From NCBI GenBank assembly GCA_001179505.1, contig CDMY01000022.1:144438-208437 (forward strand): a stretch of DNA of 64,000 nt, given 5' to 3'. The notes under the pieces are model-generated. The model worked only from the letters and a program-made list of their open reading frames with translations. It had not been told where the DNA came from and did no database searches. Positions 12,693 through 24,603 of this stretch are shown here, piece after piece. The position numbers and the translations under genes were made by a program. Position 1 is the stretch's first letter, and each line of letters starts with the position of its first letter. The DNA is from Vitrella brassicaformis CCMP3155 (lineage: Eukaryota; Protista; Chromerida).

Positions 12693-12946
12693 TGCCCCGT
12701 TGAACAAGCTCCCAGGTGATGCTGCATCCTGGGTTGAACCGAGCACAGTGGTCAGCGGGATCTTTCGTATTGGTTTTTGTGCTCCTCTTCACCTGGGGCA
12801 TTGAATCCTCAGCTGTGTGTCCCTCCATCGTCCTGTACCTGCTCTTTGGTTTACAAATCGGACCGCAAGCTCAAGCGCGAGCTTGACACCCAGAGGGCTT
12901 CAGTCAATCTCAGGCGTTGGTAGAATAGCATTCTGTGTGTGTGAGG

Positions 12947-15900
12947 ATGTCTTCACGGGGCCGTGGTCGAAGCCGAGGAGGGAGGCGGAGAGAGGCGCCC
13001 GCCGCTACAAATGCTGCTGGGCATGATGGTTACACTTTCTATGATGTGAGCAGCAAGCACTCACTGCTAGCATCTGTCTGTGGCCGGGCCGGCAACAGAC
13101 ATCCCTTCCCTATCCCTTCCGCTTCTCCCTCTGTCTGTCCAGGCGGGAGGCCCCTCTAGCGATGACGATGGGATGCCGTCACTCGTGGAGGATAGTGACG
13201 CCATCACGGTCGGCCGGCCACAAGACACACACACATACACACGCAGCCCTCGCCACACGCATCTGTGCTTGTGCGTCGTCATCATCTTTTCAGGCACTGT
13301 CAGCGCCACCCGACCCCGCTGGCCGCAACGAGAGGAGCACAGGGGCAGCCGCAGCAGCAGCCGCAGCATCCGACGGCGGCATGCCCGGCCTGGTGCCATC
13401 CCCCGACATGGTCTCCTCACCCGGCTCGCCCGAGGAGGAGTCGAACGTCGATGGCTGGCGAGGCAATGCTGCCGTTCGGAGCACCTCACATGCGTCTACA
13501 CAGCGGGAGGGCAGCCAGGGGTCGGTGGCGTCCACTCATCGAGGTGACAGCCCACCAGCGGCCGTGGCGGCCCGCAGCAGCGGCCCGAGGGCTACCGCCA
13601 CTCAGTCGCAATCGCAAAGGCCGCAGGGGTTATTCGGTAAGGCACAACACAACACAACACACCTCTTGCGTGCCCATGCACCTCCCTCCCTCCCTCCGTG
13701 TATGTTAGGCAACATCCCTCTTCGCAGTTTAGCGACGCCTTCGGGTTTCAGTCTCAATCTTCGTGGAATAGCGTCGGGTCTGGGGACTGCTCGCGATGCA
13801 CAGCCACCACCGGGGCAGGAGCCCTCCACCAGCAGCAGCGCAGCAGCTGCGGATGCGGGTGGTGGGATAGGCCCGTTGAGGGGCCAGTTCGCCAGCGCCG
13901 TCCAGATGGGTGCCCTCGACCCCCAATACCGCCGGTTCAGCGGCCAAGCGGGCGGCGACGGCCTTGTCGACTTCCATGACGACTACGACGACGACGATGA
14001 TGACGACGATGACATTGTGGATGTGGAGTCCGACGGGTCGCAAGACTCCCTGCCGCCCCTCGCCGGTCCAGAGGACGACGCACCGCCCCCGCCACTCGGG
14101 CACGACTTCACGTTCGGAAGCGGCCCTGCGGGGATGCCGAACCCGTTCTTCGGCATGATGGCTGGCGGGCAGGTGGTCACGGGCGGCGCGGGGGGCGGCG
14201 GAAGGGCGACGGGGAGAGGGAGGGGTCAGGCGAGCTCGGCCAGCAGCCGCGGTGGTGGTGGTGGTTGTGGTGGAAGCAGTAGTGGTGCACCGGCAGCCGC
14301 AGCGGCCCGCAGCGAGAGTGCATATGAGCAGGAGATGTAAGTCAGGAGGGAGGGAGGGAGGGGTGACTCGACAGACCATCCTCAGTGTTGTGTCATCTTG
14401 CGTGTTGTGTTGTGTGTGATGCATGCCATGCAGTCGTGAGACGAGGGAGCGGCTGGGCCACTGTTTGGCGAAGCTGGAGGCCGAGGTGGAGGCCAAGGAG
14501 GAGCTCCAGCAAGAGAACGACAACCACAAGCGCCACAAGAAAGAGATGCAGGAGGAACTCAACGAACGAAAACGGTACACACACACACTACACACACGCA
14601 CACACACACACACACAGGCACACTCCCTCCCTCCTCGCTCTCTGTGGTGTGGTGTGGTCATTTCTTTCAGGCGTGAGGAGAGGTTTGAGCAGGAGCGCGC
14701 CCAGTGGGACCAGGAGCGGGCCAAGTTGCAGCAGGAGCTGCGTGACGCCAAGAGGGGGCCTTCCTCAGCCGCGGCGGCTGCGGCTGCATCAGCAGCGCCT
14801 GCAGCAGCTGCAGCGGCTGCCACGCACAGGTGATCAAAACGACACACACACACACGCATGCCACACAGGCGGCCATGTGTGTGTGTGTGTGTCTGTGTGT
14901 GTAGGTTGGAGGTCGAGGTGGAGCGGCTCAACGAGGAGATGAGAAAGAAGAACCAGAAGATCGAAAACCAGAAGAACCACATCACGAACGTGGAGGCCAG
15001 GTGGGTGGGCGGAGGCACGCGCAACGCAACAGACACACACAGCACAGCACAGCAAAGGCCACACACTTGGATGGATGGATGGATGCGTGCATGTGTGGAT
15101 GTGTGTGTGTGTGTGTGTGTGTGTGCAGTCACAAGGCAAAGGTCGAGGGTTTGGAGAAGAGTGTCCAGGACCTGAGGGCCAAGGAGAGGGCGGCCAACGT
15201 CAGTCTATCAGCCAGACAGCATACCATACACAGACGCAATTTTGTCATTGGTTGTCTCTGTCTGTGTGTCCGTCGGTCTGTCTGTCTGTGTGTCTGTGTG
15301 TCTGTCTGTGTCTGTCTGTGCAGGAGGCCAAGCGAGCAGCGGAGCGTGACCGTGACAGGGCGAGGGGCGAAATGGCCGCAATCGACCGTGTGCGAGACGA
15401 GTGAGCAGCACACATACACACACATCCACCCAGACCCCACCCACCACTTGTCTGCGTGTGTCTGCCTGTGGGCAGGTTGCGGGTCGAGAGGGACCGCGTC
15501 CAGACCCTCAACGAGGAGCTGCAGACCACCCGGCAGCAGCGGGATGACATGCAGCAGCAGCGCGACACGTAACTGGACGGACGGGACGACACAGCAATAC
15601 CACAGAGAGATTGACAGACTATCACATCTGATCTATCAGGGCACGTAACGAGACGGAGGCCGTTCGAACCGAGAAGGACACCGAGAGGGACGAACTTCGC
15701 GGGCGGCTGCAGCGCCAGATCGAGCAGCTGGAGCTGGAGCTCGCCAAGGCCAAGTCCGCCACTGAGGCCGCAGAGAACGAGAAAGCCGCCCTCAACGCCG
15801 ATATGGAGCGACGCGAGCAGCAAATCGGGCAGCTGGAGAAACGGTGGGCGGGGAGCACAAAGCGCATGGGCGAGGTCATCTCTGTGTTGGTGTTGGTCGC

Positions 15901-17378
15901 CGTTCAGGCTGGAGGAGGAGAGCCGTCACAAGGCCACGCTACATCAGCTGCAGCGCCAGCACAGACAGACGTGAGCAAAGGACCACCGTCATGGGATGGA
16001 TGTGGTGCTGCACACCGCGACATCCATGGCCCTTCTGTGTGTGTGTGTGTGGATGCAGTTTGGAGGAGAACAGGCGCATGGTGTCGCGCACGGAGCAGCT
16101 GGAGCAGGCCGTGGCGGCCATGCAGAAGACGCCCGTGTCCGACGCACACACCCACAGCGACGACCCCGCCACACTCAAGGCCGCACTCAAGCAAATGGAG
16201 CAAGACAGAAACCGGTCACACACACACACACAGCACATGGCTCATCGCTGCACATGGGTCTCTGGATGTGTGTGTGTGGTGTGTTGGGTGTGTTGGGTGT
16301 GTTGTGTGTCGATGAATGCTGCAGGCTCGAGAGCGACCAGCGTAGCGAGATCAAGCAGGGGTACCAGCAGCTGCAGAAGAGCATCCGGGAGATCCGGCGG
16401 CTGAGAGAGGAGCTCAAGAGGGCCAAGGCCAACCCACACGGCATCGCATTCCCCACCGAGATCGAGCAGCAACACCTCCTACAAGTCAATCGGTGAGCCA
16501 TTGAGCCGTTGAGCCACGTACCCCACCCCACACCACCACACCATCACGCCACAGAGCCACACGAATGTTCGGTTCTGTCGGCTGCGTTTGTGTGATCAAT
16601 CAGGGTGCCCGACCTGCCCGACGACATGCAACAGCATGAGGACTACGCGAGGGATCTCCACCGCGCCAGGCAGACCCTCCGCGAGCAAGAGCAACGTCTC
16701 GCGGCTGAGAAGGCCCGCATCGACGAGGGCATGCAGGCCGCCATGCGAAACATGCGGGCGGCCATGGGACGCGCGGCCGAGTGCAGGCAGCGCATCGACA
16801 AGGCCCTCAAGGGGGTGCGTGACGAGCAGGGCCGTGCTGAGGAGCTGGAGGAGCAGGTGCAGTGGGAGATGGATCATGCAGCCTACAGGATGAGCGAGCC
16901 GGACAGGCAGAGGGAACTCAAGGTACGTGACCACACTCTCTCGGACACACACACACACACAGACTATTTCCCCGGACGCCTTGATTGCCAATCCTTCTGT
17001 CCCTCTCTCTCTGTTCTGTGTGTGGTTCTCGTGTGTATGTGTGCGACGTCACCTCAGGAGGTCACAGAGAAGGTGGAGGCGAAAGAGAAAGAGAGAGAGT
17101 GTATTGCCTGTTATGAGAGCCCCAAGAAGGTGGCCTTCGTTTACAGCCCCATCGACAACTACCCGGCCCATCTCAAGAACTACGAGAAGGAGCAGGAGGA
17201 CCTCAGGCGCAGGAAGGAGGAACAACGCAAAAGGGACGAAGAGAACAGGAGGAGGAACGGGCCACCGGCTGCTGCTGCTGCTGCTGCTGCGGCCTCGTCG
17301 AGCTCGTATGAACCGATGTCGCTGACGCCTGCGCCCTCCCGCCCGACAGACGGTTTCTGGCGCAGCTGCCTCCTCCTG
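12947..17378 (+). CDS. Large low-complexity/coiled-coil protein with an interrupted RING finger; last exon presumably in the gap
   Basis: Starts MSSRGRGRSRGG and runs through more than 10 exons with long Glu/Gln/Arg/Lys coiled-coil. It reaches CIAC...VAFV, a ~80 aa insertion, then WRSCLLL with a GT donor just before the N gap. It is locally similar to the divergently transcribed neighbour (e.g. DDPATLKAALKQME vs EDVPALRAALRTME). Confidence 0.75.
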
Positions 17379-17381
17379 GTA

Positions 17382-17681
17382 NNNNNNNNNNNNNNNNNNN
17401 NNNNNNNNNNNNNNNNNNNNNNNNNNNNNNNNNNNNNNNNNNNNNNNNNNNNNNNNNNNNNNNNNNNNNNNNNNNNNNNNNNNNNNNNNNNNNNNNNNNN
17501 NNNNNNNNNNNNNNNNNNNNNNNNNNNNNNNNNNNNNNNNNNNNNNNNNNNNNNNNNNNNNNNNNNNNNNNNNNNNNNNNNNNNNNNNNNNNNNNNNNNN
17601 NNNNNNNNNNNNNNNNNNNNNNNNNNNNNNNNNNNNNNNNNNNNNNNNNNNNNNNNNNNNNNNNNNNNNNNNNNNNNNNNN
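17382..17681. other. Assembly gap (300 N)
   Basis: Run of N. Confidence 1.
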
Positions 17682-18502
17682 TGTTTGGTTGCACTGCTGC
17701 TTGGGCGCTTCTGCCCGCGTGAGGCTTCCTCGTGTGACGTGCAATCGGCTGGCTTGCAGCAGGGCATCTCGCCTTCGTGCGAGGAGGGAGAGAGAGAGAG
17801 AGAGAGAGAGAGGAATAGCACACAAAACCACACAAACGCGGGCCTTTTTTGTGCGTAGAGCTTTCGGCCACCCATCTTGCTCTGTGTGGGTTATCTCTCG
17901 GTTCGCAGAGCTTCCTCTGGTTCGTGCTCGTCGTTGACGTTGTGCCGATGGCCAGCACATTTGTCAACGACGAGCACTTTTCCTGCGGGAGCTCGACAAC
18001 TGACAGCAACGGCCAACCACGGAGACAGACAGACAGACAGACCGACTTACGGACTGACTGTGAGTGACGCGCGAAACCAGTCCAGAGGGCATTTTGAGCT
18101 CAGGTGGAGAACTGCGGTGTGCTGTGCACATGAAGGGCGTGCTTGGCCATCTGTGACTGCAGTGCTCGTGCCGTTTGCGTGTGTGTATGGCGTGTTTGCG
18201 TGTTGATGCACGACACGGCAGACCTCTGCCGCGTGCAAACAGCATCGAATCAAATCTACTTGCAAACAGCTCGGCGCGCCGTCTGTGTCTACACCGCATA
18301 ATGGGGTGCATTTGCCGACTCCATGCCATGATAGTGTCCTCCGATTCCTCTCCCGATCACAAGTGCGCAAATGCTGCCTCGGCACGAAAAACCGGCCAGA
18401 CCAGGTCCGCGCTTGACTGCATACGTCAACACACTGCGCTAGTGCAGACGCCAGGTGCTCAGAAGTCAAGCACCATGCATCCCACATCCCTCAGTCAGTC
18501 AA

Positions 18503-19433
18503 TCAGCCTGCTTTGGCACTCTTGAGTCGCTCCAGTTCGGCGGCCACTGGATCCGGTTGAGGTGCCACTGCTCTTTCCCACGACTTGGAGGGATCAAGGA
18601 GGTCAGTGAGGACACGCCAGATGACAGGCGAGGCTCGACCTGAGCGTTGTGTGGGGGCAGGGCAGCCAAAGAGAAGATTGTCCGCACCCGCGGTCGACTC
18701 AGCTGTGATGGTCACTCACCCCACAGTATGGCTGCGCTAAGATAAGAAGCCCAGCCGACAAACTGCACGCAGAAGAAGCTCGGCGGGAAAATGACTGTGG
18801 TGGACCACTTGGCCATGTTGGTCCCGAACACCCAGCACAGATGTATCATCGCTGATGGAGCCCGACAGACAGACAGACAGACACACATCCATAGGATCAT
18901 AGCGCGGGGACGGCGAGGGGCGGCTGAGACGAGCGCTTACAAACGGCAATCCCAAAGAGCAGCGTTGCGCCTGCCTGGTCGCCTCGCATGATCCACCAGT
19001 GGTCCCGCTCAGCTGCACCCGTCCCCATCGCCATACCAAGGAGGGCACAGAGGACTGCATGATTCACGATGGCCGACGACATCTGAAAGCAATTACTGAT
19101 CAATGAACGGTTGCAACAGCCATCTCTGCACCCGCCTTGTGAGTACTGTACCGCAGCGGCCTTGGCAGCGTCGAGAAGGTGGCCAGTGAGCGGCTGCAGG
19201 CAAGGCGGCAGCTGCCAGGCGTTGAGAGCAGTGCCCTTGCGGCTGCTCAGCGGGACCAGGGGCTGCTGCTGAACAGCCGGGAACAAAACGCCCTGTGGTC
19301 GTGGCGTCCCTCCTCCAGCGAGAGAGGGTAGATGGACGAAGGAAGGCACAACGAGACGATGCTGTCGATGTGATTTGGTGACTGCGACACCCCAGAGAAC
19401 GGCGGAAAGGAACAGGGCGCTCATAGATCTCAT
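18503..19433 (-). CDS. Probable plastid-targeted membrane protein of unknown function
   Basis: Signal-peptide-like MRSMSALFLSAVLWGVAV, then a Pro/Ser/Arg-rich stretch lacking acidic residues ending TALNA. Hydrophobic exons follow (AVLCALLGMAMG, ATLLFGIAV, FFCVQFVGWASYLSAAILWG). The 3' end may extend to extra exons at 17900-18480. Confidence 0.45.
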
Positions 19434-19708
19434 GATGACGACTGCTCCGCCGCAAGATGGAAAATAGCACAGCTGCGAGCTCGAGGTAAACGAAAACGTT
19501 TTGTCGCGCCTCGCGGACGGGCCGCACCTCAAGGAGAGAGATCGCTTGACCCGGGCGCAACCTTGCTCTACACGGCGCCCGCCATCCACACTGCAGACCC
19601 ACGGCAATGCACGTCTTCCTCTGTCACAGATCTGCTCGGGCGTGATGAGCCCCTGCAGTGACGCTGCAGATGAAGTGTGTGTGTCCCTGTGTGTGTATGT
19701 GTGTGCAG

Positions 19709-19979
19709 CGGGTCTTGAGTCGCAGGCCGTGGTGATCGATCACGAGGCGAGCACCGACCTCACCAGAGGCCGAGCCGCACAAAGTACACACACAGCCGCC
19801 TGGTCCACACTCACACTCTCGAGAGTCTCACTCTCACTGCCTGTGTGTCTCTGTGTGTGTCAGTTCTTGCTGAGCGTGGTGGCCCCGACGACCACCACCA
19901 CCAGCAGCAGCAGCAGAGAGGAGGCCAGAGGCACCAAGAGGAAAGTCACCATCGGTCCCCGCGGGCAGATCGATCATGT
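19709..19979 (+). pseudogene. C-terminal exons of a cathepsin C/DPAP-like papain-family protease (orphan fragment)
   Basis: Exon 19709-19783 encodes GLESQAVVID, resembling the conserved C1A terminal xxESxAV motif. No upstream catalytic exons are present on this side. The 3' part overlaps the start of the inverted duplication. Confidence 0.55.
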
Positions 19980-22900
19980 GTGAGTGAGAGTGGACAGACG
20001 GCCGACAGACACACAAACAGACAGACAGACAGACAGACAGACGGTCTGTGTGCTCGTGCGTGCGGGTGAGATTATGAAGACACAGACGGCCTGGCCCGTC
20101 TTGTGTTAACTGAATTGTCGCTGTTCGTGTCTGTCTGTCTGAGTGCGTTTCATGGCAATGGATGTCTTTGCGCGGAGCAATTGGCTCGTTCAACCATCAT
20201 CTCTGTGTGGGTGTCTCTCCCCCGCCCCTCCTTGTCCACGCAGGCCCCAACCCTTCACACTCGCCCCTCCCAGCCCATTCACTCACCCTCTCTCCCCCCC
20301 CTCCACCACTCTCCCCCTCCAGCTCTCTGCTCACAGTTCGATCTCCATCCGCCCGCTGCCACCAGCAGCAGCAGCAGCGCCCTCCGCCCCGCAGGTCACC
20401 ATCATCTCGTTGTTCTCGTCGCCCCAGTCTAAGCTGCCGGCGGCGATTGCGTCAGCGTATCGCATCTGTGACTCCGGATCTCTCGGGCGCGGGCCTCCAA
20501 GTCCAGCCGCATCTCGGGCGGCAGGGGGCGCTTGTCGGGATGGTCGGGGTCGAGATTCCAGTTGCGCACCAGGGGCTCCTGGCTGAGCCACGGGTGGGGC
20601 TCCCAACTGCTGCCCTTGCTGCCGCCAATGGCATCGCCCATTAAGGGGTCGTCGTCTTGCGAGAGGATGGACTCCTTGCGGCCCAAGGACGAGCCCGAGG
20701 AGCTACTCATGAAGGCGGCGGCGCTGGTAGCGGTGCGGCTCTTCTTTGCTGGGGGCTCGAGCGTGTCGGCGCCAGCACCTGAAGACCACAAGGCCAGCAA
20801 TCAGCAGACAGGCAGGGAGACACCATGAGATGGGGACGGCTGGGGTGATGTCTTGCGTGTGTACCGTGCTGCAGCGACATGGATCCGTGGTTGCAGAAGC
20901 CTCTCTGTTTATCGTCCAGGCCAGACAAAAACTGAAGGCACACACAGCAGTGATACAGAGAGAGAGTCTCTTGGAGGCTCGATATGTGTCTCCTTCTGTG
21001 TGTCTGTCAGTGACCTCTTCATTCGAACGACTAATGCCGACCCCGCAGCCCAGCCCATGCGCATGTAGATGTATCCCCACTCGCGGGCGGAAGCTGTCGA
21101 ATCCCTCCCAGGGGCGTCTCCGCTTCTTCTCGTTCTCGTTAAGGGCGGCCTGCAGTTCGGCCCAGCTGGGCGGCCCCTTGTGTCCTCCCGCCGGCTGCTC
21201 GGCGGCATCACTCCCCCCGCCTGTCTTCTTGCTGCATCGCATCTCGAAGATCTCGGTCAGCTCGATGAAGTCATCCGGATCGAATCTGTCGAACTGGCGA
21301 CCAATGTACAGGCAGTTGTTGTCCTTGTCGTAGCGGCGCTCCTCGAAGAGACCCCACTCGTTCTCGTCAGGGAATATGTACGACTTGCCGTCTTTGGGGG
21401 GATCGAAACGGTCATCGAGCTGAATGACTTTGGGCGGGCTGCGGTGTGTCTGCTGGCCGGCACTAGCGGACTCACCACGCTCCTTCTGGTCACTTTTGGC
21501 CATTTCAAACTTTGCGGGCTTTGGGGAGGCCGTCTTGGACATGAGTGTGTCGGGCGCCAGCTGCATCATCACCAATTTAGCTTCTTCAAAGGTATCTGTC
21601 CGTTTGTGCGATTTGCGGCCGAAGCGAGCGTCTTGGTCAGAGTCAGAGTCAGTGTCAAATCGCTCATATCGTCTCGGCTGCATCTCGAAGAGCTCAGGCT
21701 TCGAAGGCCGCTCGAAGGCCATCGGCACGCTGCGTTTGGGCGAGCGGGGCGGCTTGGACGGCTGGCGTCTTGTCACCGCACGTGTCTTCTTGGCCATCTT
21801 GACAGCCGGGGTGGTCGCCACGAGGGGCGCGGTGAACGGATCCACCTCTGCAAAGAAGAGACAGCAAGTGGCGGTGGCCCTTGATGTGTCTCTTTGCCTG
21901 CCTTCTGACCGTCAGCGCCGAGTTGTTTCTTTCTCTGCTGCCGCCCGAAGCGGCTCAACGGCTGGGCAGCGCCTTTGTCAACACCGTCCTCGACAACCAG
22001 AGACTTCTCTATGACAATCCCATCTGATCGATCACACACACAGAGAGGGAGGAGACGTGATCTGGCCTTTGTGTGTCTCATTCATTGTGTCCTTGCCGTC
22101 CGTCGTCGGCTTGACCTCCTTAGCAACAGAATCTGCACCACAGACACACAAGAATGGGCCCACAGTGAGATAACCCCAGAGACACGGGAGACAGCCACAG
22201 CCATCCCATCCTTTCTCTGTGTGTGTGTGTATGTCTCACCCCCCGAGCAGCCCTTGCTCTGGCGTGTGGTGTCGAGTGGCGCGGTTCCGTCCGTAGAGCG
22301 GTTCAGTGGCGAGGTGTCCACGGTCGTGTCGGTCGCCAGCCGCCCCATGTTCTCGACATTGCCGCCAACCTTGTCTTCCTCCTCTGTCTTCACCACCGCT
22401 GTCATCTCATTCTTGGCGTTGAGAGCGCGGCTGCGGAAAGCCTTTGCGTCGATCTTGCCGAGGATGTCATGCGCCCACTCGTAGTCGGCCAGGTGTTTCT
22501 TGATGAAGGTCAGGCGCTGCACACACACACACAGAGCCGACGGAGACACAGAGGCAGTGGACAGAGAGAAGGTCGATGGCCCACAACACATCCATGACCG
22601 GGCCGTAGGACACACACTCGTGGGCCTCCCATAGGGCCCTCCCCTCTCATGCTCTCAGGCTGTCTGCCCTTTCCCCCCTCTCCCTCTCCCCAGGTCAGCC
22701 GCTTACCTTCTTACAGGCCGTCTTGCACACGGGCCCTGGATTGCCTGCGGCGGCACAGAGTTTCCCCCAGTCGTCCGTCGTCACCAGGTGGGCCATGCAC
22801 GCATCCTTCTTGGCGGTGGTGTCGGCGCCCTTCTTCTCGAGCTCCTTCATGAGCTTTTTCTCCACCTCCGGGCACCATGTGTGCCTACCCTCGTGAGTGA

Positions 22901-22990
22901 AGTCCTTCGGGGAGTCCTCCTTCTTCTTCATCTTCATCTTCTCCGAATCGGGTGGCGTGACTGGGGGCAGAAACCCTAGCCCCAAACCCT
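19945..22990 (+). repeat. Arm A of a ~3 kb inverted segmental duplication (partner 38518-41535)
   Basis: The reverse complement aligns through exons and introns with 38518-41535. For example, 19945 GTCACCATCGGTCCCCGCGGGCAG matches the reverse complement from 41535, GTCACCATCGGCCCCCGCGGGCAG. The arms show many substitutions and small indels. Confidence 0.95.
20331..22937 (-). CDS. Uncharacterised protein with an N-terminal Myb/SANT(trihelix)-like segment, copy A; 1-nt frameshift at ~20474
   Basis: N-terminus WCPEVEKKLMKEL...DDWGKLC...VCKTACKKRLTFIKKHL. It has the same exon structure as copy B. GAGATCCGGAG here vs GAGATCCGGGAG in copy B shifts the last ~47 codons out of frame. Confidence 0.65.
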
Positions 22991-24326
22991 GTGATTGTGA
23001 CCGGCGCGGGGTGGGACTGGGCTACACCTACGCCCTCTCCGTGCGCCAGCGCATGGCATCTGCAAGGTGCTGGTCAGCCTGGTCTACGACTCCAACCTGT
23101 CGGTGGACGGACGGCATGCGGCGGATGAAGTGTGTGCGGAGATCATCGCACGAGGCGGCGAGGTGACGGCTGACTATCGCTCAGTGATGGAGGGCGAAGC
23201 CATTGTGCAGCACTGCATCGACACCTGCCGGCCGTGTGGACATCCTTGTCAACTCAGCCGGGGCTCTCATTGAAGGTACGTTCGTGGCCAGATCGATGAC
23301 ATACACGTGCACCAAGCAGCGCCGGTCATGCCTGCCTGTATCATTGATGCGTCTGTCAGGTGGGATCGCCGAGTGCTCCCTCGAGTCCATCGACGCCGTC
23401 TACAACACTCACTTCAAAGGGGCGCTCCGCGTCTGCCGCGCCGCCTGGCCGGCCGCACATGGTCAATCAGAAGTTCGGCCGCATCATCAACATCACCTCA
23501 GTGGCGGGTCCCTACGGCGACGCCACGCACGTCGGGTGCGTGGATGGGCGGGGCGTGACGAACACAAACAGCACGTATGTGTGTGTCTGTGTGGGAAGAA
23601 TGTGCAGGTATGCGAGCATGAAGATGGGGCTGGTTGGGCTGACCAGATAGATCGCTGGCCGCCGACGGGATGGACAAGGGCATCACCGCCAACTGCGTCG
23701 CGCCACTGTGAGCTGACCACGTACACACAGATCATGCACACGGACCTCACTCTCGCCGTGTTCGTTTGGTTGGTTGTTTCAGTGCCGGCACACGGGTAGT
23801 GTTAATATCAGCACCCAGTGGGAGCTGGAGAGGCTCACCGTCTTGACGCCCGACTGGGTGGCGCCCGTGGTGGTTTATCTGGTCAGTGACCCCCACACAC
23901 ATCACACGCATGCACACTGCACACATATGTCTGTCTGTCTGTCTGTCTCTGTCTGCCTGACTGCTTGTGGACGGACGCATATCAGTCAATCAGGCGTCGG
24001 AGCACTGCCAGCTCACCGGCCGTTTCAACAAGACGGGCGGCAGCTGGGCGGCCGAGACCAGGTGGCAGAGGTCAGCCGGGCCGGAGGTGCCGGCCGCTAG
24101 CAGCCCTCCACCCCTCTGCTGCACCGCCGACATGGACAAGCTCATGTTGGGCGCGTGTGACTTCGACGACGCCGGCCGCCCTGCGCCTATCACTGACATG
24201 CTGGCCAGTACCGAAAAGATACTGCAGAGGGCCGACAGGCTGATGGCAATAGCCATGGCGGTGTCGACGGTCAAAGGCGGTTGGGCGGTTGGCACTGACC
24301 AGCGGCCAGTGGGCCGACGTATATAG
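22991..24326 (+). pseudogene. SDR pseudogene resembling the peroxisomal MFE-2 (HSD17B4/FOX2) hydroxyacyl-CoA dehydrogenase domain
   Basis: Motifs are recognisable in shifting frames: VIVTGAGxGLG, AADEV, GRVDILVNSAG, AAWP(H)M..QKFGRIINITS, YASMK (YxxxK), GITANCVAP, PDWVAPVVVYL, RWQRS. At least 5 frameshifts, and no start codon upstream of VIVTG. Confidence 0.85.
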
Positions 24327-24603
24327 TGTATTGTGAATGCACATGAGAGTTCGAGGGTAATTTGTAGAGGGGAGTTAGAGTGCCGCGCCCGGCGGGCGGT
24401 GACAATTTGGCGGTGAGACTTGACTTCTTGTCGTGTTGGCATGGTTGGAGTACTTTTCCCTTCGACCTGTGCTTGTGAGGGCGTGTACGTGGGTCAGACA
24501 CTATTGTTTAATTGTGTATAGGTATGTAAAGAGACGCGCTCCTCACTGTTTGATTCATTGGCTGACTGGTTGGTTGACTGTCGCGCGTCAGCTGATCACG
24601 ACG

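Noticed and set aside
17690-18480. Possible extra minus-strand exons (GTAAGT donor near 18049)
   Set aside because: I could not build a consistent frame or recognise a product. They may belong to the 18503-19433 gene or be a remnant.
23227-23234. Third GCCG-GCCG 4-bp duplication in the SDR pseudogene
   Set aside because: Ambiguous: removing a single base restores the more conserved GRVDIL, so I did not count it.
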